Position numbers and translations under genes: made by a program
Assembly: GCA_963703315.1 (NCBI GenBank)
Contig: OY969811.1
Location: 3,328,001 to 3,392,000, forward strand
DNA from: an uncultured cyanobacterium
GTDB taxonomy: Bacteria > Cyanobacteriota > Cyanobacteriia > Pseudanabaenales > Pseudanabaenaceae
DNA: 64,000 nt
Reading direction: 5' to 3'
Part shown: positions 53,567 through 62,059 of the stretch, piece by piece
Position numbering within the stretch: the first letter of the stretch is position 1
How the letters are laid out: each line of letters opens with the position of its first letter
The notes under the pieces: generated by a model
Seen by the model: the letters and a program-made list of their open reading frames with translations, nothing else
The model's database searches: none
What the model was told of the DNA's origin: nothing

Positions 53567-53935
53567 GGATAGTTGTATTACTCTTAACCATGCAGAAGTA
53601 AACTTCAAAAGTTAGCCTCACAACTATAAATAAAAAGACACTGAATGTGAGGCAGACTAGGCTCAACTAGTCAACACTAGATGAGATTTTTAGCTTGTCA
53701 GTTATCTCTTGAATTTATTAGCTTAAGCAATTTGGCTTAATTCTATACTAACCAAATATATATAGTCAACCCATCTCTTGAAGTACACAATCATCAAATA
53801 CTCTTTAAATCATAATCAGTCTAATTTCTTGATTTAACTATAGACCCAATACATAAAATCTAATAAAAACAGAACTAAAATTACTAGTCCTGATTTTATC
53901 ATTAATATGAATCTAAACAAAGAAGCTAGTAAAAT

Positions 53936-54766
53936 CTAAGGTAGTTTAGGGTATTGGCGAAAATTTGGTTTGCGTTTTTCGATAAATGCTTGCTTGCCTT
54001 CCTGAGCCTCTTGAGTCATGTAAAACAACAGTGTGGCATTACCCGCTAATTCTTGAATACCAGCCTGTCCATCACAATCTGCATTAAATGCTGACTTGAG
54101 ACAGCGAATTGCTAGAGGGCTTTTATCTAAAATTTCCTGCGCCCATTGAATACCTTCTGCTTCTAGTTGTTCCACAGTTACAACCTTATTTACTAAGCCC
54201 ATTTCTAGAGCTTCTTGAGCATTGTATTGGCGACAGAGATACCAAATTTCGCGAGCTTTTTTTTGTCCCACTAAACGTGCCAAATAGGAAGCGCCAAAGC
54301 CACCATCAAAACTACCCACCATCGGTCCAGTTTGCCCAAAAATAGCATTATCTGCGGCGATCGTGAGATCACAGACTACGTGCAGAACGTGACCACCACC
54401 GATCGCATAGCCAGCTACCAACGCAATCACAGGCTGAGGCATCGTGCGAATGAGGCGCTGTAAATCAAGCACATTTAAACGCGGTACACCCGATTCAGAA
54501 ATATAACCACCTTCACCACGGACTTTCTGATCGCCTCCTGCACAAAAAGCATATTTACCATCTGGGGCAGGTCCTGCGCCTGTGAGTAAGACCACACCAA
54601 TTTCCACATCTTCGCGGGCATCCGCAAAAGCAGCAATCATTTCCGTAATTGTTTTGGGACGAAAAGCATTCCGAACTTGGGGGCGATTGATGGTGATCTT
54701 TGCCATTCCATCAGCTTTGTGATAGAGGATATCTTCAAATTCGGCGGCTATTTGCCAATCGGTCAT
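53936..54766 (-). CDS. menB: 1,4-dihydroxy-2-naphthoyl-CoA synthase
   Basis: [32 protein letters not shown]. Confidence 0.97.
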   Translation of the reverse strand: MTDWQIAAEFEDILYHKADGMAKITINRPQVRNAFRPKTITEMIAAFADAREDVEIGVVLLTGAGPAPDGKYAFCAGGDQKVRGEGGYISESGVPRLNVLDLQRLIRTMPQPVIALVAGYAIGGGHVLHVVCDLTIAADNAIFGQTGPMVGSFDGGFGASYLARLVGQKKAREIWYLCRQYNAQEALEMGLVNKVVTVEQLEAEGIQWAQEILDKSPLAIRCLKSAFNADCDGQAGIQELAGNATLLFYMTQEAQEGKQAFIEKRKPNFRQYPKLP

Positions 54767-55430
54767 GTTTTTGGGGGAGAGAAAAGTACAGGAGTTAATC
54801 TTATCAAAAGTTAAAAGTTACAGTTCTTTCCGACAGTAAAAAAAGATTTTTGATAGTTGTAGTAAGCCATATATAGGGTTTCACAGTATAGAGAATTGTT
54901 TCCTAGCCAAAGGCTAGGAAACAATTCTCTATACATCGCTTGCTTGAGCCATATTTAAGACAACCCCAAAAGAGAGTTGCATCAATTTGCATCGTAATTC
55001 TCTTTTAGGTGTTAAATAAGTAGACTTAATTAAAGATAAAACCATAAAAGCTGTGGCGGACTCTGCGCGTGTGCCACAGCTTTTATGGTTTTAATAGTGC
55101 CTTATGCCTTAACTAAGAAATAACGACTATACATAGGTTAAAGATGGCAGTAACTCAGTTAAACTGCAATAAATTTTAGATTGATACCTTGATTTTTTAA
55201 CCTATTTTACAGGTTGCTTTTCCCCAATTTGTAGCGTGAATATATTTATGAATATATTCACAAAAAATACATTTAGATACCCTATTCACCTCAGTTAAAA
55301 TGATTGATTTCTTGTGTGAAGATGCAGTTGTTAATTTTTGTCTATAATTGCAATGCTTCTTTAAGAAAGGCATTAGTCTATAAATAGATCATCATCATAG
55401 TCTAGGGTCATGTTTTAGGAGAAAAGCATA

Positions 55431-55550
55431 ATGGTTATTGTATGGAATAGCTTTTTCTTGGGGGTTGTGTCTGCTTTTGCTTGTTCCAGCCTAGTCTTGT
55501 GGGTCATGGTCATGGTGTCTTTGGGGAAATCCACTTTACAGTTTAAGTAA
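55431..55550 (+). CDS. Putative 39-aa single-TM small protein (below the ORF-track cut-off)
   Basis: AGGAG RBS at 55417-55421; MVIVWNSFFLGVVSAFACSSLVLWVMVMVSLGKSTLQFK*. Confidence 0.5.
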   Translation: MVIVWNSFFLGVVSAFACSSLVLWVMVMVSLGKSTLQFK

Positions 55551-55846
55551 TTTTTTATAATTACTACAGTTGAAATTTTTGGGGATTTAGAGTTTTTTAT
55601 TGGCGCGGCTTTGCCTTGACAATAAAAATAGGTTCTTGATTTTACTTCGTGCCTTTTTTATAGCAAAGCAAAACCCAAGAAGCGAGTGGCGGCGCGGAGC
55701 TCCGCCACTCGCTTCTTGGGTTTTAGTATAAGCAAAAATTTTTTGTTATAGATGAAGCTCAAAGTACTTCCTAATCTATGACTGTGGGTTTTTGTAATAG
55801 CGATTGCTATAATTAAAATCTCAAATTTTTTAAGTAAGGGCAAGTA

Positions 55847-56140
55847 ATGGCGACTTCTCATAGGACAAAACAGGTAAATCTTCGTTTTCCTCTGCCTTTA
55901 TTGAGCCAAATCAAATCTCAAGCTGATGCTAAACAACAGGCGATCGCTGATTGGATTTTAGCAGTGGTCAGTCGTGAGTTTACCCCAGAACCAATAGCAG
56001 AAAAGCTGTCAGAGAAACCATCGGAACCTACTCCTTTTGTTTTGCATCCTGAACTTCTGGCATATATTGAGACTTGTCTAGCGCCGCTACAGGGACAGAT
56101 TGGTGAACTGAGGACACAACTGGGGGAGTCCAAAGCCTGA
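55847..56140 (+). CDS. Ribbon-helix-helix/CopG-like protein (0-frame product), ending LGESKA*
   Basis: TKQVNLRFP..LL..IK..A......IADWIL pattern; short coiled-coil C-terminus. Confidence 0.7.
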   Translation: MATSHRTKQVNLRFPLPLLSQIKSQADAKQQAIADWILAVVSREFTPEPIAEKLSEKPSEPTPFVLHPELLAYIETCLAPLQGQIGELRTQLGESKA

Positions 56141-56165
56141 TTGATAGTGGGAAATCCAGTCAGGC
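56110..56165 (+). promoter_or_regulatory. Candidate -1 programmed ribosomal frameshift signal
   Basis: GAGGA (56110-14), CTG GGG GAG (56120-28), spacer TCCAAA, stem GCCTGATTG...CAGTCAGGC (56135-56165). Confidence 0.6.
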
Positions 56166-57006
56166 AGATGTATCTGTCCCTAATCAAAATGATGATCATG
56201 TTGATGCTAATACTTCAAAAGGTTTTTGGTCATCGGCAAATACGAAGCCACTGTTTAATTCATTAGCAGGATTTGCTCTAGAAGTAGGCGATCGCCTGCT
56301 GATCAATGGCGAAGAAGTGATATTTAAAGGGTGGGTCGATCAATCCCAGACAGCGATCGAAGTAAAAGTGATCGCTGATGACGCAGTGCAGGTCAAGCAA
56401 GTTCATGCGAAAGAAATCAAAAGTCTGTCGCGATCGCCGCATATTGCTGATAATTCGTCATCACCAAACCAAACCACCAAACAAGAAGCGAATCAGTCTG
56501 ACCGTACAAAAGTAAATACGCCAGTAAATACACCAGTAAGTGCAACCGACAATGAAGAATCTCCAGTAGCAAAGGCTGAGCAAGAACTTCCAGAAGTAAC
56601 CACGCAGGAAAGCGGCGATCATCCAAAAACGGAGGAAGATGCTGTAAATAGTTCAGATAGCTTGGAAGATACTGCTCAAATAGAAGAATCTCCTGAAATC
56701 CCCCCAGAGCCAGAATACAATGCTTGGGAAGTATGGACTTATTTAGAACGGCAGCGTTTGAAAACACTCAAGTTAATCAATACATTCCATGCGGAATGGG
56801 AAGCAAATCGATTTGTCCGTGAAGCTGAACGGAGTACTCCTCCAAATCTCAGGATACATTACGAAATTCGTCCAGTTTTACTCGATGAAGCTGAGTTAAA
56901 TGGTTCTGCTCCAAAAACTGAAAATTCTCATACATCTCCTGATCAGCAACCTGATGCTGAGGTAGAAGATTATGCTGATGCGATCGATGTGGAGATCATC
57001 AGCTAA
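56122..57006 (+). CDS. -1 frame extension of the RHH ORF (KOW/SH3-like segment, acidic linker, small C-terminal domain); ORF track starts it at GTG 56317
   Basis: Frame is open from 56107 to 57006 with no ATG/GTG/TTG before 56317; LEVGDRLLINGEEVIFKGW straddles that GTG. Confidence 0.6.
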   Translation, partial: GGVQSLIDSGKSSQADVSVPNQNDDHVDANTSKGFWSSANTKPLFNSLAGFALEVGDRLLINGEEVIFKGWVDQSQTAIEVKVIADDAVQVKQVHAKEIKSLSRSPHIADNSSSPNQTTKQEANQSDRTKVNTPVNTPVSATDNEESPVAKAEQELPEVTTQESGDHPKTEEDAVNSSDSLEDTAQIEESPEIPPEPEYNAWEVWTYLERQRLKTLKLINTFHAEWEANRFVREAERSTPPNLRIHYEIRPVLLDEAELNGSAPKTENSHTSPDQQPDAEVEDYADAIDVEIIS

Positions 57007-57212
57007 AAAGAGAGTTGTGCTGCAACTCTCTTTTCGGTTTTAAAAAATGGCATAGCCATTTTTTAAAACCGTTACTGGGTTTGTTTTTTAATTCACGAAA
57101 GTGTGACAACACTTTCGTGAATTGGTGTTATGTCCTGATGCACTTGGCAACAGCTATACTGTAAAATTTCTAAAGTAATCTTAATTTATTGAAACTTATT
57201 TAGAGAAAAATC

Positions 57213-57323
57213 ATGGGAGAACTAGTTAACGCAATGGTCTTATCGATGGTACTTATTCCTGTCGGTATTGCCTTCGGATACTTCTTACTAAAGTTGCAAG
57301 GCGAAGAAAAAGAAGAAGCATAA
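57213..57323 (+). CDS. petM: Cytochrome b6f complex subunit PetM
   Basis: MGELVNAMVLSMVLIPVGIAFGYFLLKLQGEEKEEA*: single TM with the G(F/Y)xLLKxQG signature; below the ORF-track cut-off. Confidence 0.9.
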   Translation: MGELVNAMVLSMVLIPVGIAFGYFLLKLQGEEKEEA

Positions 57324-57362
57324 AGTGCTGATTTACCGTGCTTTGCGCGGTAAATCAGCACT

Positions 57363-58004
57363 TTATGCCTTTGAGTCAGATTTGAAGCTAAATTCAGTGC
57401 CGTTAAGTAAACGCTCAATATTAGAGCGATGTAACCAAATGACAAATATGCAGCCCACCGTCACAAAGCTGGAATAAATTACATTTGTTTGTAATGTCCA
57501 CATGAGCATTGGGGCGGCGGTAGCAGCAGCAATTGAACTAAGGGAGACGGTGCGCCAAATTGCCATTGTGACTAGCCACACACCAAAAGCAGCGATCGCC
57601 ACAGTCCAGTTGAGCATAAATAAAATACCGACACCAGTTGCCACTGATTTTCCACCTTTAAAGCCTAACCAAACTGGACGGCTATGACCAATTAAAGCCA
57701 ACATTCCCGCGCCAATGACAAATAGGGAAAGATGGTCAACCGCAATACTTGCCGTCAGCCCCAAGCTTTTGATTAGCCAGTTTGCTTGCTGCATCAGGTA
57801 AATGGCGATCGCCCCTTTAGCAAAGTCGGTGATAAATACGCTGATGCCCGCCAACTTACCGACATTGCGCCATACATTTGTTGCTCCTGTGGAGCCAGAC
57901 CCATGCTCACGAATGTCGATACCCGCGATCCGTCCTACCAGATAACCAGTGGGGAAAGATCCTAGAAAATAGGCGATCGCAAGCAAGAGATAGGGAAACC
58001 ACAT
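57363..58004 (-). CDS. plsY: Glycerol-3-phosphate acyltransferase PlsY
   Basis: YFLGSFP, GSGSTGATN, D.AKG, GH, FKGGKSVAT, HRSNI.RL..G.E. Confidence 0.96.
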   Translation of the reverse strand: MWFPYLLLAIAYFLGSFPTGYLVGRIAGIDIREHGSGSTGATNVWRNVGKLAGISVFITDFAKGAIAIYLMQQANWLIKSLGLTASIAVDHLSLFVIGAGMLALIGHSRPVWLGFKGGKSVATGVGILFMLNWTVAIAAFGVWLVTMAIWRTVSLSSIAAATAAPMLMWTLQTNVIYSSFVTVGCIFVIWLHRSNIERLLNGTEFSFKSDSKA

Positions 58005-58251
58005 AAGCTATATTTCAGAAAACCAAAAGTAGAGATCGGGTGCAAAATACCCATATCTACTTTATGGGTTTTAGGCAATAGCGACAATAGTCACAAAATA
58101 AAACCCAAGAATTGAGTGGCGGCGCTCCGCGCCGCCACTCAATTCTTGGGTTTTATTTCCTAGTACACTTGGCTCACTATAAAAGCCAAAAATTGTTGCA
58201 GCGCAGAGTGCTGCAACAATTTTTGGCTTTTATAGTGAGCCTGAAGAAATT

Positions 58252-58455
58252 TTAGTCAATAGAGATTGATTGAGGTCCATCCTTAACATTTTTACCAACA
58301 GAAGTTTCTGTGGTGGGTGTTGCGCCTTGTTTCTCTAGCCAACCCTTTAAAGGATCTTGTTGTAGATCGAGCTTCAGAAAGCCCGAAACGAGTCCACCCA
58401 AAAATGCAACAGGTTGTCCTAAGAACTCATTAACAATCGGTTTTAGCTCGTCCAT
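58252..58455 (-). CDS. Conserved small cyanobacterial/plastid protein (UPF0426-like)
   Basis: P.AF.GG.VSG.LKL.L..DPLK.WL, GPQSISID ending. Confidence 0.7.
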   Translation of the reverse strand: MDELKPIVNEFLGQPVAFLGGLVSGFLKLDLQQDPLKGWLEKQGATPTTETSVGKNVKDGPQSISID

Positions 58456-58963
58456 AGATACAGAAATATAGTTTTATTTGAGGATGATTTCAAAAGCAAC
58501 GCATTGCGATACTTCTCTTAACACTATAACAATTTTCGACCAGAGCCGATATATCACCGCTTTAGCAAACAAGGGACTTAAGTCCCTACCAAAACCCAAA
58601 AGAGAGTTGCGGCGCTTCGCGCCGCAACTCTCTTTTGGGTTTTATGTCGTCTTAACTTGCTTGGTTATGGCTTATAAACTAGCGCTTTTCAAGCAAGCAA
58701 GGAGAGGATTGTTTGCTTACAGTCTGTTGATGCTTAAAGTAGTCCAGATAAATTTTTGAAATCGCGGCGGAGCCACGATTTCAAAAATTTATCTGGGTTT
58801 TAACTCAGCGCAAAGCGCTGTAGCTATAATTTCTGTCAGATCTTTAAATTTAGATTGATATAATTTCTTATTTAAACTAGCAATTTCTCGCCATATCATA
58901 GTTAAATCGATCAATGCACTCTTATGAATTTACGAAGAGTGGCAAATCTAGAGAACTTTTTCG

Positions 58964-60646
58964 ATGACCACGCTAAACCGATCTACTCTTCGTCGCCTCA
59001 AAAAACTCAAGCAGTCATCTGCGGTTTGGGAAGGCGATCGCCGTGCTTTACCAGCCAAGATCCGCCAACCACAAGACTCTTCTAATATTATTCCCCTTCA
59101 TGCCCATGATGAAGAGTCTAAGCCCCATTGCATTTTGTGGGTAGATGGCTCGATGGGAATGGTACGTTCTATGGACGTAGTTGACTCGGTTGTGGGGCAG
59201 GAAGCCTTTGTCCGCGCTTTGTTACAAGCGATCGAACATCCCCAAAGCCCTGCTCAGCCATCTCTGCCCCAAAAGATTTTGGTATGCGATCGCGAACTCC
59301 AATTTTATCTACGTGGTGTCCTCCAAGATTTAGGGATTTCCGTCGAGTACGTTGAGCGCTTGCCGCTAATTGACGAGATTTTTTCGCATATTTTAGAAAG
59401 CTTTACGGCAAATCCGCCCGTTGTGCCAGAGCAATATGCGGGAGCTTTATATAAACAGTCCGAACAGCTATGGCACAACGCACCTTGGAATACTCTTTGG
59501 GATCATCAGGTAATTTCGATCAAGCTCGATCGCTGGGATCTCGATACTCTCTATGCGATCGTCATGGGCAAAATGGGGTTAGAGCAGGGGGTAATTTTTT
59601 ATCGTTCTGAAGAGTCTCTAGTGAAGTTTCGGCAGCGCATTGTGTCAGGAAGCTCTGAGGATGAGATCGAAGAAACATTTCTGCACCAAGATTGCCTATT
59701 TAATCTTTTTGAAACTCCTGAACTCGAAATGGAAGATGATGTGCCTCCATTTCCATTTCGAGGCAAAATCAGAGCTTTGCCAACAGCAACTATCCCAATG
59801 AAGCCGATCTATGGGGCTTTACATCCCCTTGAAGGTGGTAGACCCTATCTCTACGATGAAGAGGCGATCGCCTTGACAGTGGCGCTAGAGGCATTAAATA
59901 AATTTTGGGAACAGCACCATAAGCGCTTGAATGCTAATTTTGGTAGCCTCTCAGGGACTTACACCCTTCACGCTCCAAGCATTGATAGCGATGTCGAAGA
60001 ACCGATCAAGGTAGTCGTGAAGACTATGCCCGATCTGGCGAATGAGTTACATCAATTAGTCGAAGAAGATGACGAGGATGACGATTCACCATTAATTCAT
60101 GAGGATCTCTGGCCAGATAATGCGCTGATCCACATGATGACAATTCCTTGGGATCAAGTCGATTTTTTACACAATGCCTCAATTCATCGTCAGCTATTGG
60201 ACAAAAACTTGGCGATCACCTCGTCTAAAAAAGGTGAAGGCTTACCAGGTCTAATGATCCAGACTTCGCGCCCCAAGGCATTGGAATTAATCGAGCAAAT
60301 TAATGATTTGGGTGGCATTGAGGCTTTGTGCTTCAATCCTGCTGAAGATATTTTCGGCAATACTTGTCAGTTAGGCTTAATGGTGACGGGCAATAAAAGT
60401 CTGCACCTATTCGGTGAATTTGATAAGCAAACTCTCAATGGAGAACACCACAAACGTTGGAAACAACGTGCCAAAAATACTAAAGGCAATATCTGCGTAA
60501 TTATCGCGATGGGTATTACGGGTGCTTCGCGGGGTAATCCTGCACCACAACATATTTTAGGCTATTACGAAATTAAGCTAATCGATGATAAAGAACTAGG
60601 TTTAGGCAAATTACGCGCTGAACCTGCCTTTGACTTTGAATTTTAG
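58964..60646 (+). CDS. Conserved cyanobacterial hypothetical protein
   Basis: 560-aa ORF; VWEGDRR, CILWVDGS, DRELQFYLRGVL motifs. Confidence 0.75.
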   Translation: MTTLNRSTLRRLKKLKQSSAVWEGDRRALPAKIRQPQDSSNIIPLHAHDEESKPHCILWVDGSMGMVRSMDVVDSVVGQEAFVRALLQAIEHPQSPAQPSLPQKILVCDRELQFYLRGVLQDLGISVEYVERLPLIDEIFSHILESFTANPPVVPEQYAGALYKQSEQLWHNAPWNTLWDHQVISIKLDRWDLDTLYAIVMGKMGLEQGVIFYRSEESLVKFRQRIVSGSSEDEIEETFLHQDCLFNLFETPELEMEDDVPPFPFRGKIRALPTATIPMKPIYGALHPLEGGRPYLYDEEAIALTVALEALNKFWEQHHKRLNANFGSLSGTYTLHAPSIDSDVEEPIKVVVKTMPDLANELHQLVEEDDEDDDSPLIHEDLWPDNALIHMMTIPWDQVDFLHNASIHRQLLDKNLAITSSKKGEGLPGLMIQTSRPKALELIEQINDLGGIEALCFNPAEDIFGNTCQLGLMVTGNKSLHLFGEFDKQTLNGEHHKRWKQRAKNTKGNICVIIAMGITGASRGNPAPQHILGYYEIKLIDDKELGLGKLRAEPAFDFEF

Positions 60647-60664
60647 AGTTTCTGCGATTAACAT

Positions 60665-60814
60665 TAGGACTTACGCAAATTAAAAACTGCCCTCATCCCC
60701 CAACCCCTTCTCCCTCTCTGGGAGAAGGGGAGTAAGAAATTTTTCTTGTTCCCCTCTCCCTCTCTGGGAGAGGGGCTAGGGGTGAGGGTCTTAGCAATTT
60801 CTGCGTAAGTCCTA
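60665..60814. mobile_element. 150-bp MITE-like element with 13-bp terminal inverted repeats
   Basis: TAGGACTTACGCA...TGCGTAAGTCCTA enclosing two CCCCT(T)CTCCC-TCTCT-GGGAGA(A)GGGG hairpins and CCTCATCCCC/GGGGTGAGG arms. Confidence 0.75.
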
Positions 60815-60875
60815 TAACATTTAAAGTGGCGTGCTACTTAGTACGCAGCCCGCCACTTTAAATAAGGTTTTTGAT

Positions 60876-61934
60876 ATGTCTCAACAAATTGTTTATCGCA
60901 TTCTTGATGCTAATCTCGATCGCGCTCGTGAAGCTTTACGCACCATTGAAGAATGGTGTCGCTTTGGTTTAGAAGATGTAAATTTGTGCGATCGCTGCAA
61001 ACAACTGCGTCAAGAACTTGCTCAATGGCATCGAGAAGAATTTCGCCGCGCCCGTAATACCCCTGACGATCCTGCGACGGGGCTGAGCCATGCTAATGAG
61101 GAAATCCGTGCGGATATTCAAGCTGTCCTCAGAGCCAATATGGGACGGTTGCAAGAGGCGCTCAGAGTTTTAGAAGAATACGGCAAGGTTATCGATCCAA
61201 AATTAGGAGAGGCAATGAAGCAAATGCGCTATCAGGTCTACACCCTTGAAAGCCAATTGCTAGCCCATGAAATAACTAATGAGATTACCAATATTGGCGC
61301 AATTCGTCGTCAAAAATTGCAGGCTGCAAAGTTATATCTGGTGACGATGCCCGTCAATAATATTGCCGCCGTTGTGGAGTCGGCTTTGCAAGGTGGGGTG
61401 CAGATTGTGCAGTATCGGCAAAAAGATGGTGAAGATGGCACACGCTTAGCGATCGCCCAACAACTTTGCGACCTTTGTCATCAGTACGATGCTTTATTTT
61501 TAGTCAATGATCGTGTCGATATGGCGATCGCCGTGGGAGCCGATGGTATCCATGTAGGACAGACGGATTTACCTGTATCAGTAGTACGCCAAATTTTGAA
61601 TGCAAATGGCGGTGATGCCTCGCAATATATCATCGGTCAGTCCACCACTAATCCTCAAGAATTAGAAATTGCGCTAAATAATCAAGTGGATTATGTGGGT
61701 GTGGGACCAGTCCATGCCACTCCCACCAAGCCGAACAAAGCCGCCGCAGGTTATGAATATGTGCAGTATGCTGCTCAAAATATCAATATTCCGTGGTTTG
61801 CGATCGGTGGTATTGATGAACATAATTTAGGCGAGGCGATCGCGGCGGGAGCAAAACGTGTCGCCGTAGTTCGCGCCTTAATGAAAGCCGAACATCCTGA
61901 GGTGATTGCTAAACAAATGCGATCGTTTTTATAG
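60876..61934 (+). CDS. thiE: Thiamine-phosphate synthase, cyanobacterial long form
   Basis: RILDANLDRAREALR N-terminal domain; QYRQK, NDRVD, HVGQTD, TPTKP, AIGGI; start re-set to MSQQ. Confidence 0.95.
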   Translation: MSQQIVYRILDANLDRAREALRTIEEWCRFGLEDVNLCDRCKQLRQELAQWHREEFRRARNTPDDPATGLSHANEEIRADIQAVLRANMGRLQEALRVLEEYGKVIDPKLGEAMKQMRYQVYTLESQLLAHEITNEITNIGAIRRQKLQAAKLYLVTMPVNNIAAVVESALQGGVQIVQYRQKDGEDGTRLAIAQQLCDLCHQYDALFLVNDRVDMAIAVGADGIHVGQTDLPVSVVRQILNANGGDASQYIIGQSTTNPQELEIALNNQVDYVGVGPVHATPTKPNKAAAGYEYVQYAAQNINIPWFAIGGIDEHNLGEAIAAGAKRVAVVRALMKAEHPEVIAKQMRSFL

Positions 61935-62059
61935 TCATCTCAAAAAACAAAAAGAATTGCTACGCAATTCTTTTTGTTTTTTGTTTCTGCCCTGACAGCC
62001 CTAACGATAGCTATAGATTATGATGGTGAAAGCCAAGCTAATGTTAGAGAAAAAGATTT

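Noticed and set aside
53180..53935. c-di-GMP riboswitch ahead of the DUF11 operon
   Set aside because: Could not find the GEMM core motifs by eye on the coding strand
58478..58759. 93-aa ORF, and similar ORFs at 3351, 26173, 26264, 34625, 39949 and 55658
   Set aside because: They run through palindromic repeat elements and have no RBS or protein-like features
57999..58830. Cluster of repeated palindromes considered as a CRISPR array
   Set aside because: No constant direct repeat with regular unique spacers and no cas genes; these belong to the dispersed hairpin family
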